From Podarcis melisellensis (Eukaryota), in the NCBI GenBank assembly GCA_964234715.1, contig OZ174277.1: DNA of 64,000 nucleotides; one strand, 5' to 3'. The position numbers and the translations under genes were made by a program. Under the pieces are notes generated by a model that had not been told where the DNA came from, made no database searches, and saw only the letters and a program-made list of their open reading frames with translations. Below are positions 50,570 through 63,570 of this stretch, one piece after another (position 1 is the stretch's first letter; every line of letters starts with the position of its first letter).

Positions 50570-53500
50570 TAGATACAATGGGCACAATTCAGCCAAAGTT
50601 TAAGAAGGTAGGGCTACTCTCAATATTCACAAGTAGTGGATATGCAATGGTGGGGTGGGGTAGGTTGGGAGAATTACCCTCGTCTGTAGCCTCCCTCAAG
50701 GATATTTCAGAATCAGAGGGTGCTGGCCGGCTGACTCTGGTCAGGTGGTGGTGTTGCTAAATGAGAGGTCTGCCAACCATTAACATTAACATCCACCATT
50801 CATTTGACAGTGGCTGGGGGGCCAATTTGGCATGTACAACTGAAACATGGGTAGATGGCCTGAGCAAAACCAGCTGTGTCCACTTGGGTACTTGATGCAG
50901 CACTAGCCAAGTTCAGAGGGACAGAGTGAGGGGGTGGGTTGTCATCCGTAAAGAAATCATACTGAGATTGGGTTTGAAGGATTTTTGTGGTGTTGGGCCA
51001 AAGAGACAGAACAGGGATGCTATTAGTGTACAATTACCTTACTGTGATACAGTCTCTCTAACCAAGCTGGTGGAATTAAGTCTCAAATGTAGTTTTAGAG
51101 AACCCCTTCACCACAAGCTATGTCAGCCTCTTTTATAAACTGTTTCATTGCTATGCAGGATGGAGGATGTGATCACGGTTCCTCATTCTCACCTTTACTT
51201 TATTTATTATGATTTCCCACACTTTCTATTTTTGTTGCAAATGTATGTTTTAAAAGGATATTAAAAGCCATACGGGATCAGACCAAAGGCTTATCTGACC
51301 CAGCATCTTGTTATTCAAATGGCGAACCAAGGCATGAAATAGAGATCCATTTTGGCTGAGCAGTGGCAGGCCAGAATAATAGTCTTATTCGATGTAAATC
51401 AATACTTGTCTGAGAGAAGACTTATTTATATTTGCCCCTGTAAGAAGAGGTCATAATTATTTTACTTGCAAATTTTGGGCTTTGTTGAATGATAGCTTGA
51501 TTCTATATGCAGTCATGGAGAAATTCTTAAGTAAGATTTCACCCTAATTTACCCACCTTATACATGTATAACATAGCACAAAAAAGAACATTTAATTAAG
51601 TATAAAGTACATCTGCAGCTCTCATAATTAAAGCTTTGCTAGGGCAAAACTTTCAAGAGAAAGCATGTACAACAAAATCTCCTTGATTTTATCTCTCCTT
51701 TGCTGGCAACAATAATCTTTCTGCAGTTAAATGCTTTTAAGTTGTGAAGCTTGAGCGACTGTATACACTAAGAGGTCTACTTGCTAACAGCAGTTTTCTG
51801 TACAAAAAAAACCACCAAAACACTATTCAATTGCTTAATCCATGGCTATTTTTCCACGCAAAATTTCTTAGAGTTGAAATGATGAGTCTGAAAAGTCACT
51901 ATTTCAGTCTCATGCAATTTTCACAGGTGAGCTGGAACTTTTGAGTTAAATACCACCCATAACAGTTTAATGGAATAATTTCTGAAGACTGTATAAGAAA
52001 GCTGCAGTAAAAAACCCAGCCTCCTGATGCACGTCTTTTGAAATTCCACAGTGTTTTTCATTGCTTGCTATTTTATTTTCAATCGGGGCTGGGAAAGGCA
52101 ACTTTTACTCTCAATCCTACCTTCTAGAGGTCCTTTCCCTAGAAATCTGCTCCTTCTTCCCATCTCTGAGTTTGCATGTGACTGTGCTTAGACATGTACT
52201 GTATTTTGGCTCTTCCCTAACTTAGCCTTTCACTAAGTTCATACCAGCTGTATGTTACTGAGGCCAAGTTTACAATGCGAGGCCAGAGAGCAAGATCAGA
52301 CTAGAGTGCTGAGCATGTATTTCCTCCAAAACTCCATACTATCGCCTCCTCTTCGTTTGCTTGTTGAGTTTATGTTATATGTATGCTAGTTTGGTCATGG
52401 TTAGAATTATTAACTAATTAACCAAAACTGAAGAAACGTGTGTCTGTATATGTGTGTATCTCATATTTTCTACATCGCCATGTTATAAGTGCATATTCTG
52501 AGCTATTGCAGTATTACATGTGTACATTTTGATCATATATTCAGTAAAAAAACACACCATTTTATGACGTGCCATTTCCAAAAATCCACAAGACTAGAAC
52601 ATTTGTACGTGAAACACCCGTCTACCAAGGAGGCTTGCTAAGACACGTCCCCTGTCAACTTACTAGATAGCCATAGGTAGGTGACTGCCTCAAAGCCTTA
52701 GCCACCATCCATTTGCATTATGGAGATAGTAGTGGCCTGCTGTGCAACAGGGTTGCAAGCAATTGCTGAGATTATGGGAAGCACTTCCCATAATGTGCTT
52801 TAAGCACTCTCTGTATTATAAATAAAAATAATAAATGAAGGGCTATATGAATACGATGTACTATCATCAGTATCACATAGGCTTAGTTCAATGGTGTTTT
52901 AAGTATGACAGAACACCATGGAAGCAGCTTTTATGTTGGTTACAGTGTTGCTTTTTAAAAGTTTGCAATCATGTAGGCAGAACCAATTACCTGCGTATTT
53001 ATTATGAAATCATCACTGGGATGGAATCATGATTTTGTGGTAAGGATCAAAAAAGGGTACCTAGAACTACACCTCTTTATGATCATAATAGTTTTTAGCA
53101 TTCATATAGTGCTTTTTTAAAAATTCAGTGCTTCACACACATTATACTGGGCAACAGCTGAAACGGAAATGATATGGAATAATTTCTCTCTTGATTTAAT
53201 TTCTCCAATAGTAAGTTCAAGACCATGTGTGGTCGTCATCATCTGCATCTTTCTTTTTTAAAAAATTGGTGCATTCTCCCTCCAATATCAGTTACATTTG
53301 CAAAAATCATTCTGATGTATTTTATTATCGTGTGTGTTGACTCTGGGGGGAGGTCATGGTGCAATACCAAAAGAGAATTCCTTTTCAGTGATGTTCCCCA
53401 TACTCTAGAACTCCATCACTCTAGAATATCCACATGAGACCTTGGAGGTCAGTTAAAAGTTGGCATCAATGATCTGAGAATGCCTGTGCAAAAAGATAGG

Positions 53501-54306
53501 TTATTGAAACAAGGCACCATGCGTGCCTGTCACATTGCACAGGGAAGTTCATTCCACAAAGTGCATGCTACCATGCTCTTGCTGGATGGATTTCTGCAGA
53601 TCATAACACTGTCAGCAAAGCATCATCTGATGACTGTAGTGATCTCACAGGTCTATTTGGGAAGAGACACATTTTCTTGGTTGTCTGCTTTTCAAATATG
53701 TAGTTTTAGGGATATGGACTGGGATGGTTTGTGGCAGCAACAGCATCTCTAGTGAAAGGAAGGGAAGAGTTGGCCAAGGGAAAGAGGCAAACAAGGTAAT
53801 AAATGAACTGGTTGTTGCCTTTGTACTTTCACATGACATTCCAGGCTCAAGCTCAACACTGCCAGAAAGATATTGACATGCTGGATGAAGTTCAAAAACA
53901 ATAAACACAAAAACAACAAGTGAGTTGACCTATGGAATAAGAGTAAAAGGAGCCCCAGAAGTCTGATTAAGAGGTGACTAATAGTCAACTCACAATCTAC
54001 AAATCACAAAAACGAAGACAGTTGCAAAGAATAAGATGAGTTAGTCAATGTTAAAATGAATCAGTCAATGTTATCTAGGAACAATAGTATGATAATATAC
54101 TGGGTATAAAAGAAAGTTTCCAGTTGCTTAAGACCTTTGATAAGGCAATGGACAAAAAAGTGTTGAATAGTTTGTTTAAATGTTAGGGTTCATTATTGTT
54201 ATTGTTCATTATTGTGTGTACCACTTTAAAAGCCAGGAGGCATATCCTGACCTAGTTTTTACAGCTGTGTAGCAGGTGCTGATAAGTCACTGTAATTAGC
54301 TGATAA

Positions 54307-54928
54307 AGGTAAAGGGACCCCTGACCATTAGGTCCAGTCCCACACTACTCTGGGGTTGTGGTGCTCATCTCGCTTTATTGGCCGAGGGAGCCAGCGTACA
54401 GCTTCCAGGTCATGTGGCCAACATGACTAAGCGGCTTCTGGCAAACCAGAGCAGCACACGGATATTGAATGGTGTCTTTAAATTTGAAGGTTCATTATTG
54501 TTCCACAAGATGTGTATTTCTTTAAGGGCCAGAGCAAATAATGTGACCTAGTTTTACAGCTGTGAAGAAGTATAGTAGGTGCTGTTAAGTTGTGGTATAG
54601 TATATAAGCTGTTGGGTATAGTATATAAAGAGCAGCACCTAGCTCTCTCAGTACCCTGTTGGATGGGTTGGTGGTTAGGTCATTGGTGGTTATTGATATA
54701 TTATAATTAATGTAAAATGAGTTTTTGTTTTTGTTATTAAAACCTAGCAAAAGTTACTTCTGCATTCCTTGTAATGTGTGGTCTCCCCAGCACGCCTTCT
54801 GCAGCACAACTAATCTGCAAAACAACCAACAACGGAAATGCCGTTTACCTTCCCGCCAGAGCGGTACCTATTTATCTACTTGCACTTTCGAGCTGCTAGG
54901 TTGGCAGGAGAAGGGACCAAGCAATGGG
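54307..54928 (-). mobile_element. 5'-truncated Sauria SINE inside LTR A, split by LTR B
   Basis: Matches the copies at 1395 and 60175 on both sides of LTR B; TSD AGCTGATAA (54298-54306, 54929-54937). Confidence 0.92.
54463..54831 (+). mobile_element. Solo LTR B (369 bp), related to LTR A
   Basis: TATTGAAT ... CCAACA termini; 5-bp TSD ACGGA (54458-54462, 54832-54836); shares GGTTCATTATTGTT, TGACCTAGTTTT.ACAGCTGTG, TTTTGTTATTAAA and TGTGTGGTCT with LTR A. Confidence 0.9.
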
Positions 54929-57050
54929 AGCTGATAAGTTGCTGTAATTAGCTGTGTCAGCAATTGTGAATGGTATATAATGTGCTGTATGTACCTTACT
55001 CTGCCTCCCTGGTGAATGGATGGGTGATGATTATAAACACTATGTAAGATGTATGCTAGAGGAGTTTTGTTATTAAACCATGCAAATATATTTTTGCGTC
55101 TCTTCAGTGTTTCCATCTGTGTGGTCTACTCTGCACGCACTCTGTGGCATGTTTCAAATGCCCAATAAAAAGAACTAAATATTAAGTTGGAAAAGCAATC
55201 CACCATTTACCTGGAAATGAACTGTGTAATTTCATAGTTGTTGGTCCATCTGATTCTATTTACCATGCAACATTGATTTTTTTCTTTTAAAATTGTACCC
55301 TTCAGGCTTTTGTGTTACCAGTACCAGTCAAAACTGAATTAGGTCTTCAGCCCTGAATCAGTTAGGGTGAAGAAACTGATGAACACTGACTGAAGTCAAA
55401 GGCACTTATTCAGTTTCAATTCAATGACTCTAGCCTCATTATGTTGTAGCTTAGATGGTGTAAAATTGTTTCTGTTCTGCATCATCTGCCCCATAAGGAT
55501 ATAGTTCTGGGAACTGCTAGTTCTGTTTGCACAAAACCCAATGCTTATTAGTGTTCCAACACTGGGTTTCACTGTAGGAAACTAAGTATTTTATTAAAGG
55601 GATATTCCTCAGTGGTGTTTTGTGCAATGTGTGGGTCTGTTCCTGATGAAGGGCTGCATAAGATCTGCTGATCAGAAACAAGTCTTTTCCAAGAGTCTGG
55701 GCAGAGTCCTTCAACCACTAGCACATCTACTCCTGGATAAGCCCACGAGGCCTGTCTTTTTAGAAGACTAGTTAGAGTGCTAATTCACAAATAATTTCTT
55801 AATGCTCTTTGTAACCACAAAATTCCACATCTGCAAAGCACATCATAAGAATATTTTGGAATAGTTTGTCCTTGCTTCCAGAAAGGAATGCGATGGTGTA
55901 AAGTCACTTAAATCACATTTTCCTTCATTATGGATTCATCTCACATGGCAGAGGGTTATTAATAAACATCTCAGTATAGCTTTAGGATTGAATCCAACCA
56001 TCTAAATATGAAAGGTACATTGCTGAAGAGAGAAATTAGGCTGTACCTGAACCAGCTGCACTAGTACCTTCATTGGTGGTATATATCTCTAATAAGAGTT
56101 CCTCCTGTCTAGGTTGTTATTAAGAGACTACTGGTTTAAAATACGAGTACATGCCTTATCTGGAGCCAAACCAGCAATCCATCTACAGTCCAGTACTGGG
56201 AGTGTGGTGGGAAAATAACTTTCCTGGATCTCAAGGTCCCTTAGATGACCTTTAGGAGACAAATTAGTGCTCACTTGCATTCAGATCACATGCTCTGCCA
56301 CTGAGTTATGGGTCTTTTTCATCCTTATCTTCCTTATGTCTTACTCCCCAAACCTTGACTGAAAATTCTCTCTCAAAGATTTATGGTGAATCTTCCTATG
56401 AGTAAGTTGCTCACAGTAGTAGATTTTGATATATCTGGTGGGATAAAAGGAGATCTTCATTAAAATGTCCCAAACTCTTCCATTTATAGTTTGCAGATGA
56501 AGTCTGTATTTTTATCATCTGCAATTGCATTTTAAGAAGCTCTTGAACTCTTTACTACCTCTGTGTTGACTCAGCTAAAGAAGATGTATATTCCAACTGG
56601 GTCTGAACTTTCCAGGGCTTAAATCACAGATTTCTCCTTTTGGAGGAGACATACTGAATCTCAGTGTCCTGAGGATCAGGGTTCATCCATTGTATACACC
56701 ACCCAAGAATATATTTGCCAAGAATGATTTGCTCATTGCTGGCTTGAAAATCTTTGAGATTTGCCCTTATTAAGAAAACAGAGCTTCCCTCTCCTGCCAG
56801 ATTAAGAAAATATAAAATGGAATGTTATTTGCCAAATGAGGTTTCTATATATGATTTATATTATAATTAACTTTTCTGTATCCTTTTCCATAAAGTTCTC
56901 TCAGTTTCTGTTATGCCATTTCACTGAATGCTTGTAACTACAGACTAAAAGTGTACACGTTTAATTTATTACCAAGAAAACCTTCAATACTGGTGGTTTT
57001 GAGTCAGGAAAAGGAATTCAGAACATTTACTAATCAATAAATGTTCTGTC

Positions 57051-57395
57051 CAGTGGTAGAGAACCTGTGACCTTCCATGTTCTCTGTCTGGTCTTCAGGA
57101 CTGTCCTCAAGTCACACACCCCTCCTCAGCCACATCCCCTCTCTCCAGCCCACAACTCTCACTGTTCCTGCTTTACAACTTGCTTGAGTGTTGCCTGGCT
57201 GGAATGTTGAACTTGCTTGCCTAGAGGGGTATAGAGGAGGGTGTGTAAAACTAGCTTATTATGCAGGTATTTTATCTGACTTTGTTGCTCCACCTCCTTG
57301 TACCTCTGGCCCTGCCCACCACTGGCATGTGACTTCTAGGAGACTGCCTAGAATGGAATGTGGCCCCTGCTCCAAAAAGGGTTCCCCTACCACTG
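57051..57395. mobile_element. hAT-like MITE (old)
   Basis: TIRs CAGTGGTAGAGAACC ... GGTTCCCCTACCACTG. Confidence 0.7.
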
Positions 57396-58037
57396 CTTTA
57401 ATTCCACACGTAGCCAACATCAGAATTGTGGCTTATATTTATACATTAGTGGTTGTTAAGTCCTTTTTATGACCTGGGAAAACCATTTACTATGGGGATG
57501 ATTTTGCCCTTAGCATGCAAGACAGGCTCACAGCTGTTTGGAGCAGGCGCTGAGTGTGGGAAGTCATGTTTCTTGAGCAGCTTGTGAAGCCTAGCATCTT
57601 CCTCACTGAAACCTGTGCTCTTGCTCATCTCTCCAAGCCCACCAATTTGCCCTGATCATCTGCTGTAGTTTAAACTGGACCAGGGAGGTCTTTGCTCATG
57701 TCAGATTTCAGTTAACGGGCACAGTTAAGAAAGCTTCCCCCCACAGCAGGCGCTGTGAATATTTAATGGTTTGACTTCACCACTGGAGCCACACTCCATT
57801 GTCTCTTGAGTGAGAAACAGATGCCAACAACTCCATATTTCCGTGGCACTGAATCAGAACTGTGCCCAATATGAGCAGCAGCAAGAGAAAATGCACCCAA
57901 ATTTCTTTTGCATTAAACAGGAGAATTGGCAATGCTGACAGTGTAATGGGCTTCCCACAAATTCAGAAGCAACAGCAACACCACATCAGCAAAGGGCAAA
58001 CCACAAAGATACAGCAGGCCTATCCGGGCTCCCACCC

Positions 58038-58038
<1 letters not shown>

Positions 58039-58079
<41 letters not shown>
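58039..58079. repeat. (CA)n microsatellite
   Basis: Directly visible. Confidence 0.97.
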
Positions 58080-58081
<2 letters not shown>

Positions 58082-58180
58082 CTCTTACTTGTAAATAAGG
58101 AAGATGGTACAGGCTCAACAGCAGACACTGTACGCTGGAGTCACTTCAGGACTTCAAGAGCAAGACAAGAAATACAGAAC

Positions 58181-58623
58181 TGTACGGAAGTGACAAAGAT
58201 GACCCAACAGCTTCCCCACCCTTCCCACCAGCTTTTGGGGATGAGGCACAGCATGCTTGCTCATTAGACTCTTGCCTCACAGGAATGCTAAGCTTACAAA
58301 CATGTGCTCTGTCAGAGCTGGCGGGTCTGCTCCCATCTGCAAAGACAGTGCCTGGTACTATGTGCCAAGACCCGCGCCCTCCTGTTCAGACTCCTGTTCA
58401 ATCACTACCACCTCCTGTTCAGACGTACCCCCTCAGCTGATCAAAGCCCTCTTCAGCCTCCACTGTTGCAAAAACCACCTGGCATCAGGGTTTCCTAACC
58501 ACCTGGCATCAGGGTTGAAAGCGGAGATCCCCCCTTTCAAAGTAGGTCCCCCCCATTCAGCCCCCTCTTCTGTTTCTTCTTCATCTCCTGCATCAGTCTG
58601 CCAGCCTAAGCCTGATCCTAACA
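58181..58623 (-). mobile_element. Possible LTR remnant
   Basis: Begins TGTTAGGA on the minus strand, GC-richer, internal repeats (CTCCTGTTCA x3; AACCACCTGGCATCAGGGTT x2); left boundary uncertain. Confidence 0.4.
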
Positions 58624-59356
58624 ATACTGTGGGGCTCGTGGCATTAGCCTCTCTTTCATGCTTTTAACATTCTCAAATTTATGCAGTGACAAATACCTTG
58701 GTTTGTTTTCTTACACTGAGAGGCAAGACACAAAGTTAAGGACCCATTCTGACCCTAAGTCAAAGTCCACAGCATCTGCAACTATAGACACCCACAATAG
58801 TCTGTTCACCAATACTAGGGATTAGGTTTCCATGCCTTCTCCAAACTGTATTGATAGTTGCGCCAATTGTTCAAACATTCCTAAACAAACATGCCCTTTT
58901 CTTATGAGAAACTCTACATCACCTGGACTGCCTTCTCATCTCAGTCTGATAGGAGAGCTATAAATCGAGTGTAGCTTCCTAACCTCCATTAGTTCCTACA
59001 ACCCAGTACATCTGTTTATACTGTGTAACAATATGGTTAACTTGTTAATAGTATGGGGAGAAATTAAATGAAACAGTCTTCTGATCACTCCATCATCACA
59101 AGCATTTCTGTTTGCCAAATCTCCCCTCTCCTCCAACTGGGTTTTGTAGATTCGCCTGACCCTCCGGAGTGGAATGGGAGACATGGGGGTGCCTGGGAGG
59201 AAAGATCCATTGTGTTAGAAAGAGCCTTTGTGCTGGCTTCCACTGGCATACAAGGTGAGTTGAATGCAAGCCATGCTCTACCATCAGTACCAAGGCATCT
59301 CTTCACTATTTGGTATTCTTTGTTTTCAAGACTTTAGGAGAAATGCCTCATTAGAA

Positions 59357-59740
59357 CCTAAATAAACTTGTGATTTATAAAATGTTGACACAAATTGCAA
59401 AAATGAGGAAAACAATTAAAGTATGGCAGCAGCGATTGGGCGGGTGATTGGTGGCTGTGGTGAGGCGGGCAGGTGATGGGCGGGCGATTGCTGGCTGCGG
59501 CAAGTGGGTGGGCTGTTGATGGCGGTGAGTGGGCAGACAATTGGCGGCTGCGGCGAGGTGTGCAATCGGCTGTGCCAAGCGATCAGCAGTGGCGGGCAGG
59601 CGAGTGAGCGATTGGTGGAAGTGACCTCCCCCACCCCACCCCACCCCGCCAAAGCTAAACAACTTAATTTCTTAATTTTGGGCTTTAAAAAATAAGGGTC
59701 GCCTTATACATGGGGGCATCTTATACACAGAAAAATACGG
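59357..59740. mobile_element. Partial Tc2/pogo-type non-autonomous DNA transposon
   Basis: Right TIR ..CTTATACACAGAAAAATACGG|TA with repeated CTTATACA subterminal motif; CpG-rich interior; left TIR absent. Confidence 0.75.
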
Positions 59741-60174
59741 TAATATACCCCCAAAATACCAGACTTTACTAGCTCCAATGAACACATGTGATATGCACAT
59801 GGATGCTGCAGAGAACTTCTGCAACAAAAGCAGCCTTCCTGCTATGGGTTGGGTCTTGTGGCCACGACCTCTTGCTTTAAATAAGGAGCACAAAGCTGCA
59901 TTCAGTAGGAAGAGTGGAGAGGATTAATAGTTCAAGGTCATCAGAGGGCTCAGTTCACGGTGTGAAGTCATCTCTGAATCATATGTCCAGAATACTATTT
60001 GGGAAAGCCTGAAATACCAATTCAGATCTGAAAAGTTTAAAGGCATGTTTAAAGGCACTGTTTCTAAATCAGACTGAGAGAAATTTGCTAACCTTCAAAC
60101 TACAGGTAAGCTCATGTGTTTTTTGTGGAACTACATCACTTCAGACTATACTGAGGTAAAGTATGTTTTTAATA

Positions 60175-60510
60175 AGGTAAAGGGACCCCTGACCATTAGG
60201 TCCAGTTGTGACCAACTCTGGGGTTGCGGCACTCATCTTGCTTTATTGGCCAAGGGAGCCGGCGTACAGCTTCCGGGTCATGTGGCCAGCATGACTAAGC
60301 CTCTTCTGGCGAACCAGAGCAGCGCACGGAAACGCTGTTTACCTTCCCGCCGGAGAAGTACCTATTTATCTACTTGCACTTAGGCGTGCTTTCGAACTGC
60401 TAGGTTGGCAGAAGCAGAGACCGAGCAACGGGAGCGCACCCCGTCATGGGGATTCGAACCGCCAACCTTCTGATCGGCAAGTCCTAGGCTCTGTGCCACA
60501 GCACCACCTG
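60175..60510 (-). mobile_element. Sauria SINE, near full length
   Basis: Highly similar to 1395-1743; 11-bp TSD TGTTTTTAATA (60164-60174, 60511-60521). Confidence 0.95.
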
Positions 60511-61523
60511 TGTTTTTAATAGGAGTCATTTAAAAAATGTCCTTTAGATAGAAGAAATGGTGCTACAGTCTTAGTCCCCACAAACTAGATTTCTTTGTGC
60601 AAGAAATGAAATCCAGGAAGCATTTAAACACATGATCTACCGCCAGCAATCTAAAGGAGTACAGCTCCATGCAGTTCTGCTGGACATGTAGGCAGCTTCT
60701 CAATAAAAGCTGCACAGCTGCGTCTCCAGGTCATGGGCTGGTTGGGGATGAAGCAAAAACTCAGAATGCAGAGATGGCCTGAAATGTATGAATGTATGTA
60801 ACTTGTATGGATATTCAATTCAAAGATCAGTGAGAGGAAAATAAACTTGGCGTGGCTAAAACAGAATCCCATTTCAATTAGATAGGTCATATGCATGTCT
60901 ATTCAGATTGTGTCCAGTGAGGTTTGTCCCAGCTAAGTGGGTATAGGATTGCAACCTATGTTACATAAAATGGTATTCCTGGCTAGGTGGTATCTGCATA
61001 TTTCCTGACAGGATAGTAGAATGGATTCCTACTTTTGTTATGCCTCATTTAGGCATTTGTCTTGTTTTATTTCTTTGGCAAGAAATAATGTATATATGTG
61101 GCAGATTGGCACCACTTTAAGAGTAGCTAGCAGAGGTGCACCCACACCATGGAGTAATAGCAAATGAGAATTAGTAGTGGTAACTGTATTACTACAGCCA
61201 ATTAAAACAAAATGCAATTAATTCAACACAGAACACCAGTAACAGGGTAATGAAGCCTTGGCAGGTCTAGTAACCAACCAGGAAAAAGAGAAGAACCACA
61301 CACACACACACACACACACCCAGTCATGTTGGCTGCACAAGCTTGTGCTGCTTTCACATAAGCCCCAGTTAGGTGTGTAGCTTGGAGGGAAAATCAATGT
61401 AAGCTGTTGTACTGGGTACATTTGGACCACAGGGATCCCAAGTGCTGAAGCAACACATCTAAATTCTCAAATTAGAGCCATCTAGCAGTGCAAGTATACA
61501 ATGTTAAAGCAAAGTTCCTTGGT

Positions 61524-61715
61524 GGGGAGGGCCCATATCTCAGTGGTACTGGCAGACCACTTGTTTTGCATGCAGATGATCCCAGGTTCAGTTTCCGGCA
61601 TATTCAGTTAAAAGAATCAGATGATGGGAAATATCTGAGACCATGGGAAACTCCTGCTGGAGTAGACAACACTGGATTAAGTAGACAAGTGGTGTCACCT
61701 GGTGTAAGGCTGCAG
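61524..61715 (+). mobile_element. tRNA-derived SINE (Squam2-type), old
   Basis: GGGGAGGGCCCATATCTCAGTGGTA..TTTGCATGCAGA..CCCAGGTTCA head; GTAGACAACACTG..TGGTGTAAGGC tail. Confidence 0.7.
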
Positions 61716-63519
61716 CAAGGATACATAATCCATTTCATGGAGATGTTGAAAAATAGGAATTGCTATGTTGTTGAAAAAATGTCTCCCCCCACCCCCATTT
61801 ATCAAAAAGCTAATGCATAAGTCTTAATACAGAGTGAGTGTAATTATTCTGTTACTTGTTAGTCTTAAAAGTGTGACCAAAGGTTTTCAGGAAGCGTCCT
61901 GTCCAAGTTGACCACTACCTTTTCCTCTGCGTTCTAAGAAGATGCTGAGCCCACAGGTTTACAGTTTGCCTACCAAACATCATGGGGAAATCACCTTTGC
62001 CGCTTTGCGGAATGATATAGGTGGCCAAGTTAACTCAAGATGAGAGAACTCACCTGGTGCCATTTGAGAAAAGGATACAAAAGAGGGATAAAATGCTCCA
62101 TTAGGTAAACAGAAATATCAGTTCTGTATTTCCCCCCACAAACTTACAAAGGGGGATTTTAAAATACAGGTAGTACTGATCCATTTGCTTAAACCCTCGC
62201 CTTCTCTTTGTTGCCTGTCTTGCAGCACATTCCTAACCACAGTAAGTCAGAAGGAAGTCCTACTGAATTCTATGGGCATTGCTCCCCGGTAAGGGCACAG
62301 GACTGCCACCTCAATCCTACCTCCAAAAAGCATGTAAAGAAGCAACCTCTCTTCCCCTTTTGTTTGTGACTGTTTTTCCTCTGTTGTGAACTCTGCTTGT
62401 GTTATGATATGAATTGACTGAATTAATTTTTGGCTTTAATTCTCTCCCGACCCCTGCACTCCACTTATCTGTGCCCTACTGACTGCAATAGGATTTCTGA
62501 CAGGGGATAGTTAGAATTACACTGTTAGTATTTTACATGTGCCCCATGCGTATATGCCTACACATTCTCTTTTATATTTAATATTAGACATAATTCTTTC
62601 ACGAATTAAGATAAATTGGGGAGTGGGGATAGGGCATCCACTCCGACATTTCAATGCTTTCTGTACAGTTGAGAACACACCGTTCTTCCAAGTGATATTG
62701 CACAAAGAACTTCACTCCCAACTTGACCTGTAGACCCTGAAGCTCTCGCTGTGGGAGTCATTTGAATTTTGGCAGCCAAGCAACTAAGAGCCAATCCCAC
62801 AGCGCTGCACTGATCACGCTCAGCCTGAATTTAGAGCTTGCAGGTGAAAGAAGCTTGAATTGTCCTGTCTGCCTAGACAGTGGTCTGCTTACATGGTACA
62901 TTTTTCACTCTAAAACATCTGCTGTATTTAATGCCAGCTAAACTGAAAGGTGAATTAATTTGCTTTGCAGCTGAAAGTTCATCTTGCTGCAGAATTGCGT
63001 AGAGGGTGATGTTCTTAACGTTACCTTTACACATACACATGCCACACACACAAAGTTAAAACAGCCTTTGAAGCCCGAAGTCGCATAATTGCTTCTGGCT
63101 TCATTCATAAATAACTGAATGGAAAGATCCATGTGGTTCCCTGCAGGTATCCTTACAATATGACACTTCAACCAAGTGAGTTCTAAAAACATTTTTTCAC
63201 CCAGAGTGCTGAAGACAGACTGTTATTCCTGCTCTGTGAAAAAGGAAGCACTTATTTTTCCCCCCCTACATCCCCAGTAATTACTGCTCCAGATGTCAGT
63301 TTTCCACAGCCGGAGACACAGATTCCAGATAGCAACACCGTCCTCAGCCACTATTCAGGGGGGTGGGAATGCAATCATTGAATGCATTCACTGCTACGGG
63401 AAAATGAGTAACTATATCCCACATCACACACATAACTCCTAGGTGTGTACTTAACTTATAGCCGTCTTTAAAAAAAAGCCAATACCACAAACATTCAAGA
63501 AAGTAAGATAGTCACCTAC

Positions 63520-63570
63520 TTTGACAGGATCATCTGAGTTGCAGCCAATCTTCTCATTCTGAGACAAAAG
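63520..63570 (-). other. Candidate 51-nt exon, with a possible upstream exon ending at 63851
   Basis: Acceptor TTTTAATGTCTCTTGCTCCAG, donor AAA|GTAGGT; upstream donor ATG|GTAAGT at 63850. Confidence 0.3.

Larger units (their letters stand above)
54161..55167 (+). mobile_element. Solo LTR A (copia- or BEL-type termini), interrupted by a SINE and a second LTR
   Basis: TGTTGAAT ... CCCAATA termini; 5-bp TSD AAAAG (54156-54160, 55168-55172); 376 bp after removing the insert. Confidence 0.85.

Noticed and set aside
58473-58516. Repeated 20-mer as a CRISPR-like or coding repeat
   Set aside because: Two copies with a 4-bp spacer inside a probable LTR in a vertebrate genome.
339-63192. Short ORFs of the six-frame track as cellular genes
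   Set aside because: All are 154 aa or less, many start at non-ATG codons, and none resembles a cellular protein I know. The recognisable ones are gypsy, L2, RTE, SINE or microsatellite translations.
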